Shown: one piece after another, positions 6,929-19,400 of the stretch
Layout: each line of letters begins with the position of its first letter
Position numbering within the stretch: position 1 is the first letter of the stretch
The notes under the pieces: generated by a model
Told to the model about the DNA's origin: nothing
What the model saw: the letters and a program-made list of their open reading frames with translations, nothing else
Databases searched by the model: none
Source: a virus
Lineage: Duplodnaviria > Caudoviricetes
Virus record (IMG/VR): IMGVR_UViG_3300031569_000023
Span: 1-32,609 of that record
Direction: 5' to 3' (one strand)
DNA: 32,609 nt
Position numbers and translations under genes: made by a program

Positions 6929-9900
6929 ATGTCAAGCACAGACAGACAAAATAGATTATTAGTAGCAGAAGATTGGAAACGTATCTATCAAAGTTATAGA
7001 AACGCCGATTTTAAATCATATGATTTTGACAATTTACGTCGAACAATGATTAATTATATTCGTCAGAATTATCCTGAGGATTTTAACGATTACATTGAAA
7101 GTTCAGAATACCTTGCTCTCATTGACCTTATAGCTTTTCTTGGTCAAAACATTGCATTCCGTACTGACTTAAATGCTAGAGAAAACTTTTTAGAAACAGC
7201 AGAGCGTAGAGAATCAGTTCTCCGTCTTGCTCGTACGCTATCTTACAATCCAAAGCGTAATCAAGCAGCTAACGGCTTGCTAAAAATTGAATCAGTTAAC
7301 ACTACTGAAAGTGTAAGAGATTCAAATAATTTAAATTTAGTAAACCAAACTGTTATTTGGAATGATCCAAGTAATCCTAACTGGCAAGAACAATTTACAA
7401 AAATTTTAAATGCTGCGTTGCCAGTTAATGCTAGCATAGGCCGCCCTGCTAAAAAAGATACTGTAGGAAGCATTCCTACAGAGCAGTACAGATTAAGTAG
7501 CGCAAATAGCGATGTACCTATATATGCATTTAATAAAACTATTAGCGGTTCAACTAGTAAGTTTGAAATTGTTAGTACTGATGTAGTAAACGGTGAAATT
7601 AAAGAAGAAGCTCCTTATCCAGGCAATAACTTTGCATTCCTTTATAGGGACGATGGCAAAGGCCCTGCAAGTTCTAACACTGGTTATTTTTGTCACTTTA
7701 GACAAGGTGCAATGGATCAAGGATCATTTATAGTCGACAGTCCAAGTTCTAATCAAGTAGTTGCAATTGATGCAACTAATATTAATGATTCAGATGTTTG
7801 GTTATACAAAGTTGACAACTATGGTTTAGAAGAAGAACTATGGTCAAAGGTTGAAGCTGTAGAAGGTAACAACGTAATTTACAACAGTTTAAGTAAAAGT
7901 ATTAAAAATATTTATAGTGTACTAACACGAGCTAATGACAGAATTAGTTTAATATTTGCAGACGGCACTTTTGGTAATTTGCCACAAGGAAATTTTAAAG
8001 TATATTATAGAACAAGTAAAAATCAACGATTAGTTATTGACCCAAGTGACATGCGTGGCGTTAGTATTAAAGTACCGTACATTAGTAAGACTGGTAAAAC
8101 AGAACAAATTACAATGGTATTTCAATTAAAGTATTCTGTTGATAATGCTAGTACAAGTGAGTCAAGCGCAAGTATTAAACGTAACGCTCCTGCAACGTAT
8201 TATACTCAAAATCGAATGATTACAGCAGAGGACTATCAAATTGCGCCTCTCGGTATTAGTCAAGAAATTATTAAAGTAAAAAGTGTTAATAGAACTGCAA
8301 GCGGAATTAGTCGCTATTTAGATCTAGTTGATGCAACTGGAAAATACTCTAAGACTAATTTGTTTGGTGTTGACGGTATTATAACTAAAGAGTTTTTAAC
8401 TCCTAAAGATAAGTTTAGTTTTATTACTAAAACTGACATTGAAGGAAATATTGCAAATATAATAGAACCCATACTTGCTAATAAAAAAGTTAGAAACTAT
8501 TATTATAATAGCTTTCCAAAAACACTTATAGGTGACCTAGGAGTTACTTGGAATAGTCAAACAATTGAGACTAATCAAAATACTGGTTATTTTACTAACT
8601 TAGCAAATATTAGATCGCAGCTAGGTGCATTTACAGCAAGTACACTAAAGTTATTAAAGCCGGGCACACTTATAAAGTTTGAACCACCTACTGGAAAATT
8701 CTTCCAAAGTAATAACGACAATGCACTCATAACAACTAGTGATGTAGCAGGGGCAACCACATACAAGTGGACTAAGATAGTAAGTGTTGTTGATGACGGT
8801 ACTGTAACAAATGTTGACGGCACCGGACCTGTAATGCTTAATGATACTATACCTGCAGGATCTAGAATTGTGCAGCTAATACCTCGTCTAGCAACAGAAC
8901 TACAAGCAGCAGTATCACTACAACTAATTGATCAAGTGTTTGCATATAATAGTTTTGGATTACGATTTGATGTTAATATAGGCGAATGGCGTCTAATTAC
9001 AACAAATAACTTAAATGTTGATAGTCCGTTTAGTATAGGTAAAACTGGAGACTCTACAACTCAACAGTTAGACGCAAGTTGGTTATTGTTGTTTGAAACA
9101 GACGGTTCTACATATACAGTTACTTACAGAGGTAGCAGATATGTATTTGAAAGCGCACAAGAAATAAGATTCTTCTTTGATAGTTCAGATAAAATTTATA
9201 ATAATAGAACTGGAAAAATTATTAAAGATAAAATTTCAGTCTTAAACATTAATAAACAGCCTGACTCAACATCACCATTTACAACTGACTATAATTGGGA
9301 AGTTGTTGAAGAATATAGAGATGCCGAAGGATATGTTGATAGCAGTAAAATTCAAGTTAGTTTCTTTGATGAAGATGATGATGGCGTAGTTGATGATCCA
9401 GAAATGTTTGATCGATTAGTTGCTGAAACAGTTAACCCGTTAACAAAATATATATTCCAATTAAAAACAACTACAATTGACGGTGTTGAGGAATATAACT
9501 ATATTGATACTTTAAACCCTACTAGTCTTGGAAAATATACATTTACTTCTGGCACAGGCAGTATACAAGCAGTTGCAACTAAAGATGGATTGTCAAGCAC
9601 TACTGCATACAGCGACGGACAAATATTTTATTTTATAAAAGAAGACTTGTTCCAGATCTTAGACAAAACAAGCGGCAATACAATTACATCACAAAACTAT
9701 CGTGCTAAGATTGGCCGAGACAAACTTAAATTTCATTATGTACACGCTGCTGATGCAAACACTAGAATTGATCCTAGCGTAAGTAATATTATTGATGTGT
9801 ATATGTTAACAAAATCTTATGATGATGATTTTAGACTTTACTTAGATGGTACTGTGGCTACTAAGCCACTTTCACCTAGCAGTGATCAGTTGTATTTAAA

Positions 9901-10417
9901 CTACGGTCAGAAGTTGAATAATATTAAATCAATCAGTGACGAAGTTATATATCACCCTGTTAAATACAAAATGTTATTTGGCGAAGCTGCATCTACAGAT
10001 TTGCAAGCAAAATTTAAAATTGTAAAGAACCCAGACATTGTAATAAATGATAACGAAGTTAAGACACGAGCAATAGCTGCAATTAATGAATTTTTTGCAC
10101 TCGAGAATTGGGAGTTTGGAGAGTCTTTTTACTTTACAGAACTAAGCACATACGTTATGCAGCAATTATCTCCAAATGTAGTAACATTTGTAATAGTGCC
10201 AAATCAAGCATCAAGTACCTTTGGTAGTATGTTTGAAATAAAATCTGAATCAGACGAAATATTTATAAGCAGTGCAACGGTTGCAGATATTGAATTAATT
10301 GATAGCGTAACAGCTACACGATTACAATCATCTGGGTCAATTGTTTCAGATGTAACTACAGTGAATACAGGAATAACAAGCAGTGGATTATCTACAACCG
10401 GAGGGACTAATTACTAA
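6929..10417 (+). CDS. gp6: Baseplate wedge subunit, T4 gp6 / baseplate J-like (enlarged)
   Basis: 1162 aa. YDFDNLR..MI.Y......FNDY.ESS...ALIDLIA...ENFLETAERRESVLRLARTLSYNPKR, IFADGTFGNLP and ES..SIKRNAP..YYTQNRMITAEDY are gp6 motifs. Confidence 0.92.
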   Translation: MSSTDRQNRLLVAEDWKRIYQSYRNADFKSYDFDNLRRTMINYIRQNYPEDFNDYIESSEYLALIDLIAFLGQNIAFRTDLNARENFLETAERRESVLRLARTLSYNPKRNQAANGLLKIESVNTTESVRDSNNLNLVNQTVIWNDPSNPNWQEQFTKILNAALPVNASIGRPAKKDTVGSIPTEQYRLSSANSDVPIYAFNKTISGSTSKFEIVSTDVVNGEIKEEAPYPGNNFAFLYRDDGKGPASSNTGYFCHFRQGAMDQGSFIVDSPSSNQVVAIDATNINDSDVWLYKVDNYGLEEELWSKVEAVEGNNVIYNSLSKSIKNIYSVLTRANDRISLIFADGTFGNLPQGNFKVYYRTSKNQRLVIDPSDMRGVSIKVPYISKTGKTEQITMVFQLKYSVDNASTSESSASIKRNAPATYYTQNRMITAEDYQIAPLGISQEIIKVKSVNRTASGISRYLDLVDATGKYSKTNLFGVDGIITKEFLTPKDKFSFITKTDIEGNIANIIEPILANKKVRNYYYNSFPKTLIGDLGVTWNSQTIETNQNTGYFTNLANIRSQLGAFTASTLKLLKPGTLIKFEPPTGKFFQSNNDNALITTSDVAGATTYKWTKIVSVVDDGTVTNVDGTGPVMLNDTIPAGSRIVQLIPRLATELQAAVSLQLIDQVFAYNSFGLRFDVNIGEWRLITTNNLNVDSPFSIGKTGDSTTQQLDASWLLLFETDGSTYTVTYRGSRYVFESAQEIRFFFDSSDKIYNNRTGKIIKDKISVLNINKQPDSTSPFTTDYNWEVVEEYRDAEGYVDSSKIQVSFFDEDDDGVVDDPEMFDRLVAETVNPLTKYIFQLKTTTIDGVEEYNYIDTLNPTSLGKYTFTSGTGSIQAVATKDGLSSTTAYSDGQIFYFIKEDLFQILDKTSGNTITSQNYRAKIGRDKLKFHYVHAADANTRIDPSVSNIIDVYMLTKSYDDDFRLYLDGTVATKPLSPSSDQLYLNYGQKLNNIKSISDEVIYHPVKYKMLFGEAASTDLQAKFKIVKNPDIVINDNEVKTRAIAAINEFFALENWEFGESFYFTELSTYVMQQLSPNVVTFVIVPNQASSTFGSMFEIKSESDEIFISSATVADIELIDSVTATRLQSSGSIVSDVTTVNTGITSSGLSTTGGTNY

Positions 10418-13400
10418 TGTCTTATGATAATGATCAAAACGAACAAGCGTTACCACAGGGGTCAAATGGTAAGCGCAAGACTGAATCGCTCCTTCCTAGA
10501 TTTTTTAGGACCACTCCGAATAAAAAGTTTTTAAGTAGTACATTAGATCAACTAATACAACCAGGTGTTGTTGAGAAACTTAATGGATACATTGGCAGAG
10601 AAACTGCTAAAGCGTACACTGCTACTGATAACTATATTGGTGATATTTCTGACGATAGATTTAATTATCAGCTTGAACCAGCATCTGTTATTAAAGATAA
10701 TTTAGGCAATGTTACTTTTTATAAAGATTATAATGACTTTACAAATCAATTAAACAATTTTAATAAATCAAATAACAATCACAGTACAGTTAATCAACAA
10801 GAATTTTATGCTTGGAACCCTAGCGTTGATTGGGATAAATTTAGTAATTTCCGTGAGTACTATTGGTTACCATTAGGTCCACAACTAATTGGCATTGCTG
10901 GTAACACTGTTGAAGTTGAAAGTACATACACTGTTCGCATTGGCGAGAATGACGATAATCAAACTTATGTATTTTCCCCAGACGGCCTAACACAGAATCC
11001 TACAATTACACTTTACAGAGGATTGACATATAAGTTTGATATCGACACTCCGAATTTACCGTTCACAATTAAAACAAAGAAAACACTTGAAGAAGGTTTT
11101 GATTTAGACAGCTCAAGTATTATTGTACTTGAAGGTGTTGATTTACAAGGTTTAGAAAAAGGTATTAGTACACTACAATTAGGTACAGATACTCCAGACG
11201 TATTATATTATGTAGCGTCTAATGATATAGAAGCAAGCGGAACTATTATTGTTAAAGATATTAGTGAAGCAACATTTATTGATGTTGAAAAAGAAGTAGT
11301 TGGAAAACGTACTTACAAAAGTGGAAACAGTGTTGCGTTATCAAACGGAATGAAAATTGAATTTACTGGAGAAGTAATTCCTGCAACGTATGCCCAAGGT
11401 GCATTCTATGTTGAAGGAGTAGGAGATAAAATACGACTTATTCCAGAAACTAGTTTAAACGTGCCCTCGGCGTTTACTTCGGATATTGAAAATCAATTTG
11501 ACACAGCTGGGTTTGATAGAATGCCCTACAGTGTAGCAATTGGTTATCCTAAAGATAAAGACTATGTAGTAATTAATCGTGCAAGTGTTGATGGCAACTT
11601 ATGGAGTCGTTATAATAGATGGTTCCACAAAAGTGTTATAGAAGCAGCAGCAAAAGCAAACAATCAAGAGATTGAAGTAGACCAATTGCAACGTGCTAAA
11701 AGACCTATTATTGAATTTGAAGCAAATTTAAAATTAAACAATTTTGGTACTGTTGCTAAAACAGATATTGACTTAGTTGATAATTTTACAACAGACGCAT
11801 TTTCAAAAATAGAAGGTACGCCCGGCTATAACGTTGATGGTGTTGATCTTGCTGACGGCATGCGTATTATGTTTACAGCAGATACTGACAAGTTAGTTGC
11901 AGGAAGAATTTTTAAAGTTAATTTTATTAATTTTGCAAGTGGCGGAGCTACTAATAGACAAATTACATTAGTTGCTGAAACTGATTCAATTCCGCAAGCT
12001 AATGAAGTTGTATTAGTTGCAAATGGTACAGCATTTAAAGGTAAAATGTTTTACTATACAGGAACTAAGTGGGAGCTAACACAGGCTAAAACTAAAGCAA
12101 ACCAGTGTCCGCTATTTGATATATTTGATACTAATGGAGATTCATTTGCTGATATTACAACGTACTCTTCTTCAACGTTTTTAGGAACTAAACTTTTTAG
12201 TTATAAAGAAGGTACCGGAACATCAGATACTGAGTTGGGATTTCCACTAGCATATAGAAGTATTAGTAATGTTGGAGATATTGTTTTTAGTTTTGATTTG
12301 TTAAATGATTCATTTACTTATACTTCAGGCAACGATGCGTTTACTAAAAAAACAGATATTGGATTCTTAAGAAAGTATACAACGTTAACTACATATGAAA
12401 ATGTAACAGGCTGGAAAAAAGTTACTACTCCTAGTGAGCAGTTAGTAATTAGACAATATGTATTTGATAATACTACTGCTGGGTTTACACTTGACATGTA
12501 TGACAACAGTGGATTATTGACAGACCTGTGGACACGAGTATACTTAAACAACACATTAAAATTTAAAGATATTGACTATACTGTTACTAATGATGTTAAT
12601 AATAATGCAGTAGTGACATTTGTAAAAGCTCTTACGTTAAATGATGTTGTTGTTATTAAAACACGTTCGGCAACTGTTAAAAATAATAATGGGTATTATG
12701 AAATTCCTGCTGCCTTAGAGCGCAATCCGTCAAATGATAACTTAAAAGAATTTACACTTGGTGAAGTTAACGATCATGTTGCTACAATAGTTGAACAACA
12801 TGATAACTTTACTGGAATATATCCAGGAACAAGTAATTTAAGAGACATCGGCAATGTAACAGGTTACGGACGTAGATTTGTGCAGCACAGTGCTCCGATG
12901 AATCTTGCAATGTATCACATGCTGGACAATGATGCGAATGTTGTAAAAAGTTTAAAATTCGCAATGAATCACTATTCTACATTTAAGCGTTTATTTTTAC
13001 AGCTTTCAGAGGATCTCTTGTTAGCAGGCACACTTAAAGCCCAGGTTGATACTATACTAACAGCTATTAATAAAGATAAATCGTCAACAGATCCGTTTTA
13101 TTTTAGTGACATGGTGCCTGTAGGTGCAACTAGAACATTAACTACAACTGTAATTGATGCAGATGAAACATTTTATCCAATATCAACTACCTTTTCATTA
13201 AGCATACCTTCTAGGTTAGCAGTTCAAGTTTATTTAAATGATGTACAGTTGGTACATGGTAAAGATTACACATTTAATACTGATGGATACGTATTAGTTA
13301 CAGCAGCAAAGCAACCAGATGACATAATTGAAATATACGAATATGAAACTACTAACGGTAGTTATGTTCCACCTACTCCGAGCAAGCTAGGACTTTTCCC

Positions 13401-16400
13401 TGCTTACGAGCCTGTAAAATACTTAGATAACACTTATCAAACTCCGAGAAATATTATTCAAGGCCACGATGGTAGTAAGGTTGCAGCATTTGATGATTAC
13501 AGAGACGACTTATTACTTGAACTAGAAAGAAGAATATACAATAATATTAAAGTAGCATATGATGCTACATTATTAGACATACATGATCTAGCTGGCGGCG
13601 ACTTTAGAAATACCGAAGTTACCAAAGCTCAAATTGATAGAGTTATGTTATCAGACTTTTTAAAATGGTCAAAACTAATCGATCAAGATTACACGTTACA
13701 TAACTTTTTTGATAGAGCTAATTCGTTTACCTTTAATTACCGTGGCAGCACTAATGCAGCAAACACATTGCTGCCAGGTTTTTGGAGAGAAATTTACCAA
13801 CAAGCATATGACACTGATCGTCCACATACTCATCCGTGGGAAATGCTTGGTCTTAGTGTTATGCCTACATGGTGGGAAACACAGTACGGTCCGGCACCGT
13901 ACACTAAAGAAAATTTATTACTATGGCAAGATCTTGAAGCAGGCATTTTAAGACAGCCTAATGTAAAATATAAAATATTTAAAAACTATAAGCGTCCCGG
14001 ATTATCTAATCATATACCTGCTGACAGTAATGGCAATTTAGTATCGCCTTTAGCATCAGGATATATTAATACTTTTGATAATCAGTTATTAGATGAAAGT
14101 TTTGTATTCGGCGATGGCGCTCCTATTGAAGCAGCGTGGCGGTCAAGTAGTCAATATCCGTTTAGTCTTATTACTGCATTTGCAGTTAATAAACCTATGA
14201 AGTTGTTTGCTACAGGTTTTGATAGAATTAACCAAGTAAGAAATTCTTCAAATGAAATAGTATACAAAACAACTGGTACTAGAATAAAACTATCAGACAT
14301 TGTTTTTCCAAACACTTATAAAGACACAACACAAGTTTACACTAGTGGACTTATAAATTATGTTGCAAACTATATGGCTGCAGACGTTACAACATCTTAT
14401 ACAGCATATAAGTCAAATATTAAGTCTATTAAAAATCAATTAGGCTATAAACTAGCTGGATTTACTGATAAAGCTAAATTTAAATTATTATTAGACAGCC
14501 GCACTCCATTAACCCAAGGTAACGTGTTTGTTCCAGAAGAAAACTATAAAGTATTTTTAAACACAAGTACTCCTATTAATACAGTATCTTATAGTGGTGT
14601 TATTATTGAACGTAGAAGTGACGGTTATGTAGTTAAAGGTTACGACACTGAACTTGCATCGTTTAAATACTATGCAGCAATTTCTTCACAAGCAGATCCA
14701 AGTATTAATATAGGCGGAATAAGTGAAAGTTATTTAACATGGGATTCGGCCAAACAGTATGTTGCCGGTCAAAATATTGAATTTAATGGTTCGTATTATA
14801 GAGTAAAAGCTAACTTTATAAGTAGTACATCTTTTGATGATACTAATCTTGCTAAAATGGCTGCTTTGCCACTAATTGGCGGTAGAACTGCTACTGTAAG
14901 AAAGAAATTTAATAAAAATATTGAACTTGAAGCAAATTACGGACAGATGTTTGTTACTGTACAAGACGTAGTTGACTTTTTATTAGGATATGGCGAATAC
15001 TTGCAAGATCAGGGATTTGTTTTTGACTATTATGAAGTTGATGCACAAGCTGTATTAAACTGGCGCCACACAGTAAATGAATTCTTATTCTGGACAACAC
15101 AAAACTGGGGCGAAGGAAGTATTATTACATTAAGTCCTGCGTCATCACAGTTAAAATTCGAGTCTTCTTACTCAGTAGTAGATAATATCTTTGATAGCTT
15201 TTACGGATATAGTTTACTTCAGTCAGATGGCACTGCACTAGTAAAAGAATTTTCTACACTAGGACGTGCGCCTAACGAATTTATTATCCGTCCAAGAAAT
15301 ACTGCCGACGGCGTATTTGCTGTTAAACTTCCTCTTGTACAAAAAGAACATGTGCTATTAATTGATAATAAGACTGTGTTTGGTGATATTGTATACGATA
15401 CACAACCTGGTTATAGACAAGAAAGAATTAAAGTTCTAGGATATGTTACACAAGATTGGGATGGTAGTTTAAATGTTCCTGGATTTATATACGACGAAGC
15501 TAAAGTTACAAATTGGACCAGTTGGACTGATTACGACATTGGTAGTATTGTAAAATATAAAGAATTTTATTACAGTGCTTCTGCAAAATTAAGTGGAACA
15601 GAAACATTTATTACTGCTAATTGGGACCGGTTAAGTGAAAAACCCGAAGCAGGGTTGTATGCAAACTTTGAATACAAAACTAATCAGTTTGCAGACTTCT
15701 ATGACCTAGATAGTGATAATTTTGATACTGAGCAACAGAAAATGGCACAGCATCTAATTGGTTATCAAAAGCGGTCATACCTTGAAAACATTGTTAACGA
15801 TGATGTAAGTCAGTATAAGTTTTATCAAGGTATGATACAAGATAAAGGCACTAAAAATGCATTATCAAAACTATTTGACGTATTAAGTAGTTCCGATAAA
15901 GACAGTTTAGAGTTTTATGAAGAATGGGCTATTAAAAGTGGACAATACGGTGCTAGTGAAGGCTTTACTGAATACGAGTTACTACTTGATGAAAGTAAAT
16001 TTAGACTAACACCTCAACCAATTGATTTAGTAACTAGTACTACTGGATTAGAAACTGATTTAGTTTATAGAATACTTCCTTATGAAGTATATCAAAAAAC
16101 TCCTAATTATGATCATAAGCCTTTTCCAGAAAAATATGTAAACACAAGCTATGTTAAAAATGCAGGTTATGTAAATCCTACTGATGTGCGTGGTATTGCA
16201 ACTCAGTATAGTAACATTGCTGATTTTTCCTTTAACGATATTAGAAGAAATGACTATGTCTGGGTTGGAAACGACAATCTTGATTGGAATGTTTATAAGC
16301 ATGTTGACACAGACTATGTAGTTGAGGCAGTTTTAGAAGGCACTACTACATTTAACTTAATACTTACTAAAAATGTTACTGATATTGCAGTGAATGACGT

Positions 16401-19400
16401 TATTGGTATACATAGTTTTAGCAACTACATTGATGATTCTACTCTTGATACTGATGAAGTATTTGATCTAGAGGGATTCTTTGTTGTATCTGCTGTAGAT
16501 AAAAATATAATTACACTAATAACAGCAACAGCACAAGATGAGATACCGCGCTGCATTGGCTCCATAACAAAATTTATTACAGCACGAGCAACTAACATAG
16601 ATGCAGCAAATATTATAGTACAAAATGAACTTGTACTAAATGACAATCTTTGGATAGACAATGTTGCTGGAGATAATCAGTGGGCAGTGCTAAAAAATGA
16701 TAATTTATTTAAAGAATCATTCCGTACAGTAAAACAATCAACATCAGTTGATGAATCTTTTGGTACAGCAATAAGCGTAGATGATAGAAATACAACAATG
16801 CTAGTTGGTGCACCTGATGAAGATGACGGTAAGGTGTATGTTTATTCTAGAGCAACTGATTCATTAAACTTTGTACAAACACAAATTATTGAACCACTTA
16901 AAGTTAGTGACAACACTCAACGCTTTGGTGCAGCAATTGCAATAAGTCCAGACGGTGCTTATATGATTGTAGGATCTCCTAATGCATCAAATGTAAAAAC
17001 AAAATATATTGCAGGTGGGTTTGTTTCTGGCACTGATTATACTAAAGGCGCAATTGTTTCTAAGGATCAACAACTTTGGAAAGCACTTAATGACATTGAA
17101 GGCGCAGAGGCTGCTATTGAATTTAATAGCTTTAACTCAGTTACACAAGTTGTTGATGCATTAGATATAGAAAATACACCTACTGCAACAGTTCCGGCAA
17201 TGTTTGTTGGTAATTACGCAATTAGTCCTATATCGGGCTTGCTAGCATTTCCTAATGCTCCTACAACTCACATGTTAGTTAGAGCACCGTTAGCACAATT
17301 TGACGGCAGCGGCATTAATGATGAAATCAAACTTAACTGGAATCAAATAACATATTCTAATCAAAGTTTAGCTGCACTTGCTGAACGATCACCATTTAAT
17401 GGATCGTTTGCTAATATTAATGCAGCGTTCTTAGAGCAGACTCATACTATACAAAAGAAAATTGATGTAATTTTATACATTAGTTCGTCAACTAACTTGC
17501 CTCAGCTTGGTAATATATTACAAACAGCAACAGCATTTGGAACAGTTGATTATACATATGTTACAGGCAACGAAGTAATAATTTACTTAACAGCAGTTAA
17601 TGGAACTTTTGCAAGTAGTGATAGTATTTTCCGCAGCGACGGTGACTTTATTGGCGAATATGTCCAGCAAAATCAAACAGATAGTGTAGATACAAGTGCG
17701 CAGTTTGGCGGATATTGGTTTATTGATACTCCGAGTTATACTCCGACACTTAGTACTGAAAATGTTGACGAAGGTAGAGGCTTAGTATTTTACGATGTTA
17801 TTACAGATAGTACAGACACAAGTAGACTATATGCTAACTCTTTAGATTACAGTACACTAACTATTAATAGTCAAAATACATATAATGCTTTCATTGAACA
17901 ATTAAGCAGTCAAGGATTGCCTGGACCTTACGGTAATAACGCTGCTATTTTAAGTAATAAATTTGTTGTTAGAGCACCTAAGGTAATTAGTGACAATGTG
18001 TCAATTGCTGGAACAATAAATCTTTATGTTAACCAGTTACCTCAACACGGCGTTGGAGTAATTAGAGATTTAACAGACATTGGTCTATCTACAACACTTA
18101 CAAACAAGTCACATACAATTGCCGATATATGGGATGGCAAAATTAACTTCGATTATATCGATAAAGATGCAGCTGGCAATTTCTTTGAACCAAAAGTTGG
18201 ACAAACTGTTAAAGATATACAATCTGGTGCTACTGCGGTAGTTACATATTATCAGCGAAACAGTAATAATGCAACAGTATTTGTAAAAACTGTTACAGGT
18301 ACTTGGTCACAGGGTGACCAATATGGACAAAATTCTCAAATAGGATTCTTAGCAATCCCAGGTGACCCTAGTCCAACATATCAAGTAGATAGAAATATTG
18401 GACAAGTTCAGTATGTTAGCTTAGGACTACCGGGCGAAGGCATAGGAAAGCTACTAGTATTTGAAGCAGCTACAGGTAATATTCCTTTAGCACCAATTGC
18501 AAGTTTATTAAATGTTGAATATTGGTTATATAGTGCCGGAACAGTTCAGGGTATTGCAAGACCGGCAAGTATTCCGTCGTCAACTAACAATAACTGGGAA
18601 CAAGTATACCAAATTGCTGCTGAAGTAACTGGTACAGCACCCGGATCTGACGCACAAAATGAAGGACTGTACTCAATATACACAAGATCTGCGCCTGGCA
18701 GATATGATTTACAAGCAAGTTATACCGTTCCAGAAAAAGCACCTGGCCTAAAATTAGGCAGTACTATAAAAATTACAAAAAATAATGATCTTTATAGAGC
18801 ATTTATACATGCAGCACAAGGATCGTCTATTGCATCACCTGGAATAATTTACTTTATTAAAAAGGGAATAGAAAACAATATAACCTTCAATTGGGATTAT
18901 GCAAAAAACAAAAAGTTTAAAGGCACGTTTAGTGAAGGCACTACATATTTCACAGATGACATTGTTTATACTGACTTTACTGATGGAACTTTGTATGTAG
19001 CAAAAACTAATATTGCTCCGGGTACGTTTAATTCTAATGATTGGACATCTACTGATGATTTAGTTGATTATGTTGGGTTTGTACCTAACACAACTGGACT
19101 TAGTGTTATTAATGATAGTACTGTAGGTAGTACGGTACTTAATCAAGACGATCTTGCAACATTTGGCACAGAATTTGATGTTTCTAAATCAGGCGAAGTG
19201 TTAGTTACTAATGCTTTATATGATGGAAAACCTAATCAAGTAGTAGTTTACAGAAGTAATAAAGGACACTTTGAAAGATCACAAGAAATCCAAGGACCTG
19301 ATGAGACTTCTGGATTTGGGCAGGCTATATCAATATCAGTAGACGGTACATTAATTGCAATTAGTGCGCCCTACAATGACGATTATAAAGCAGATCAAGG

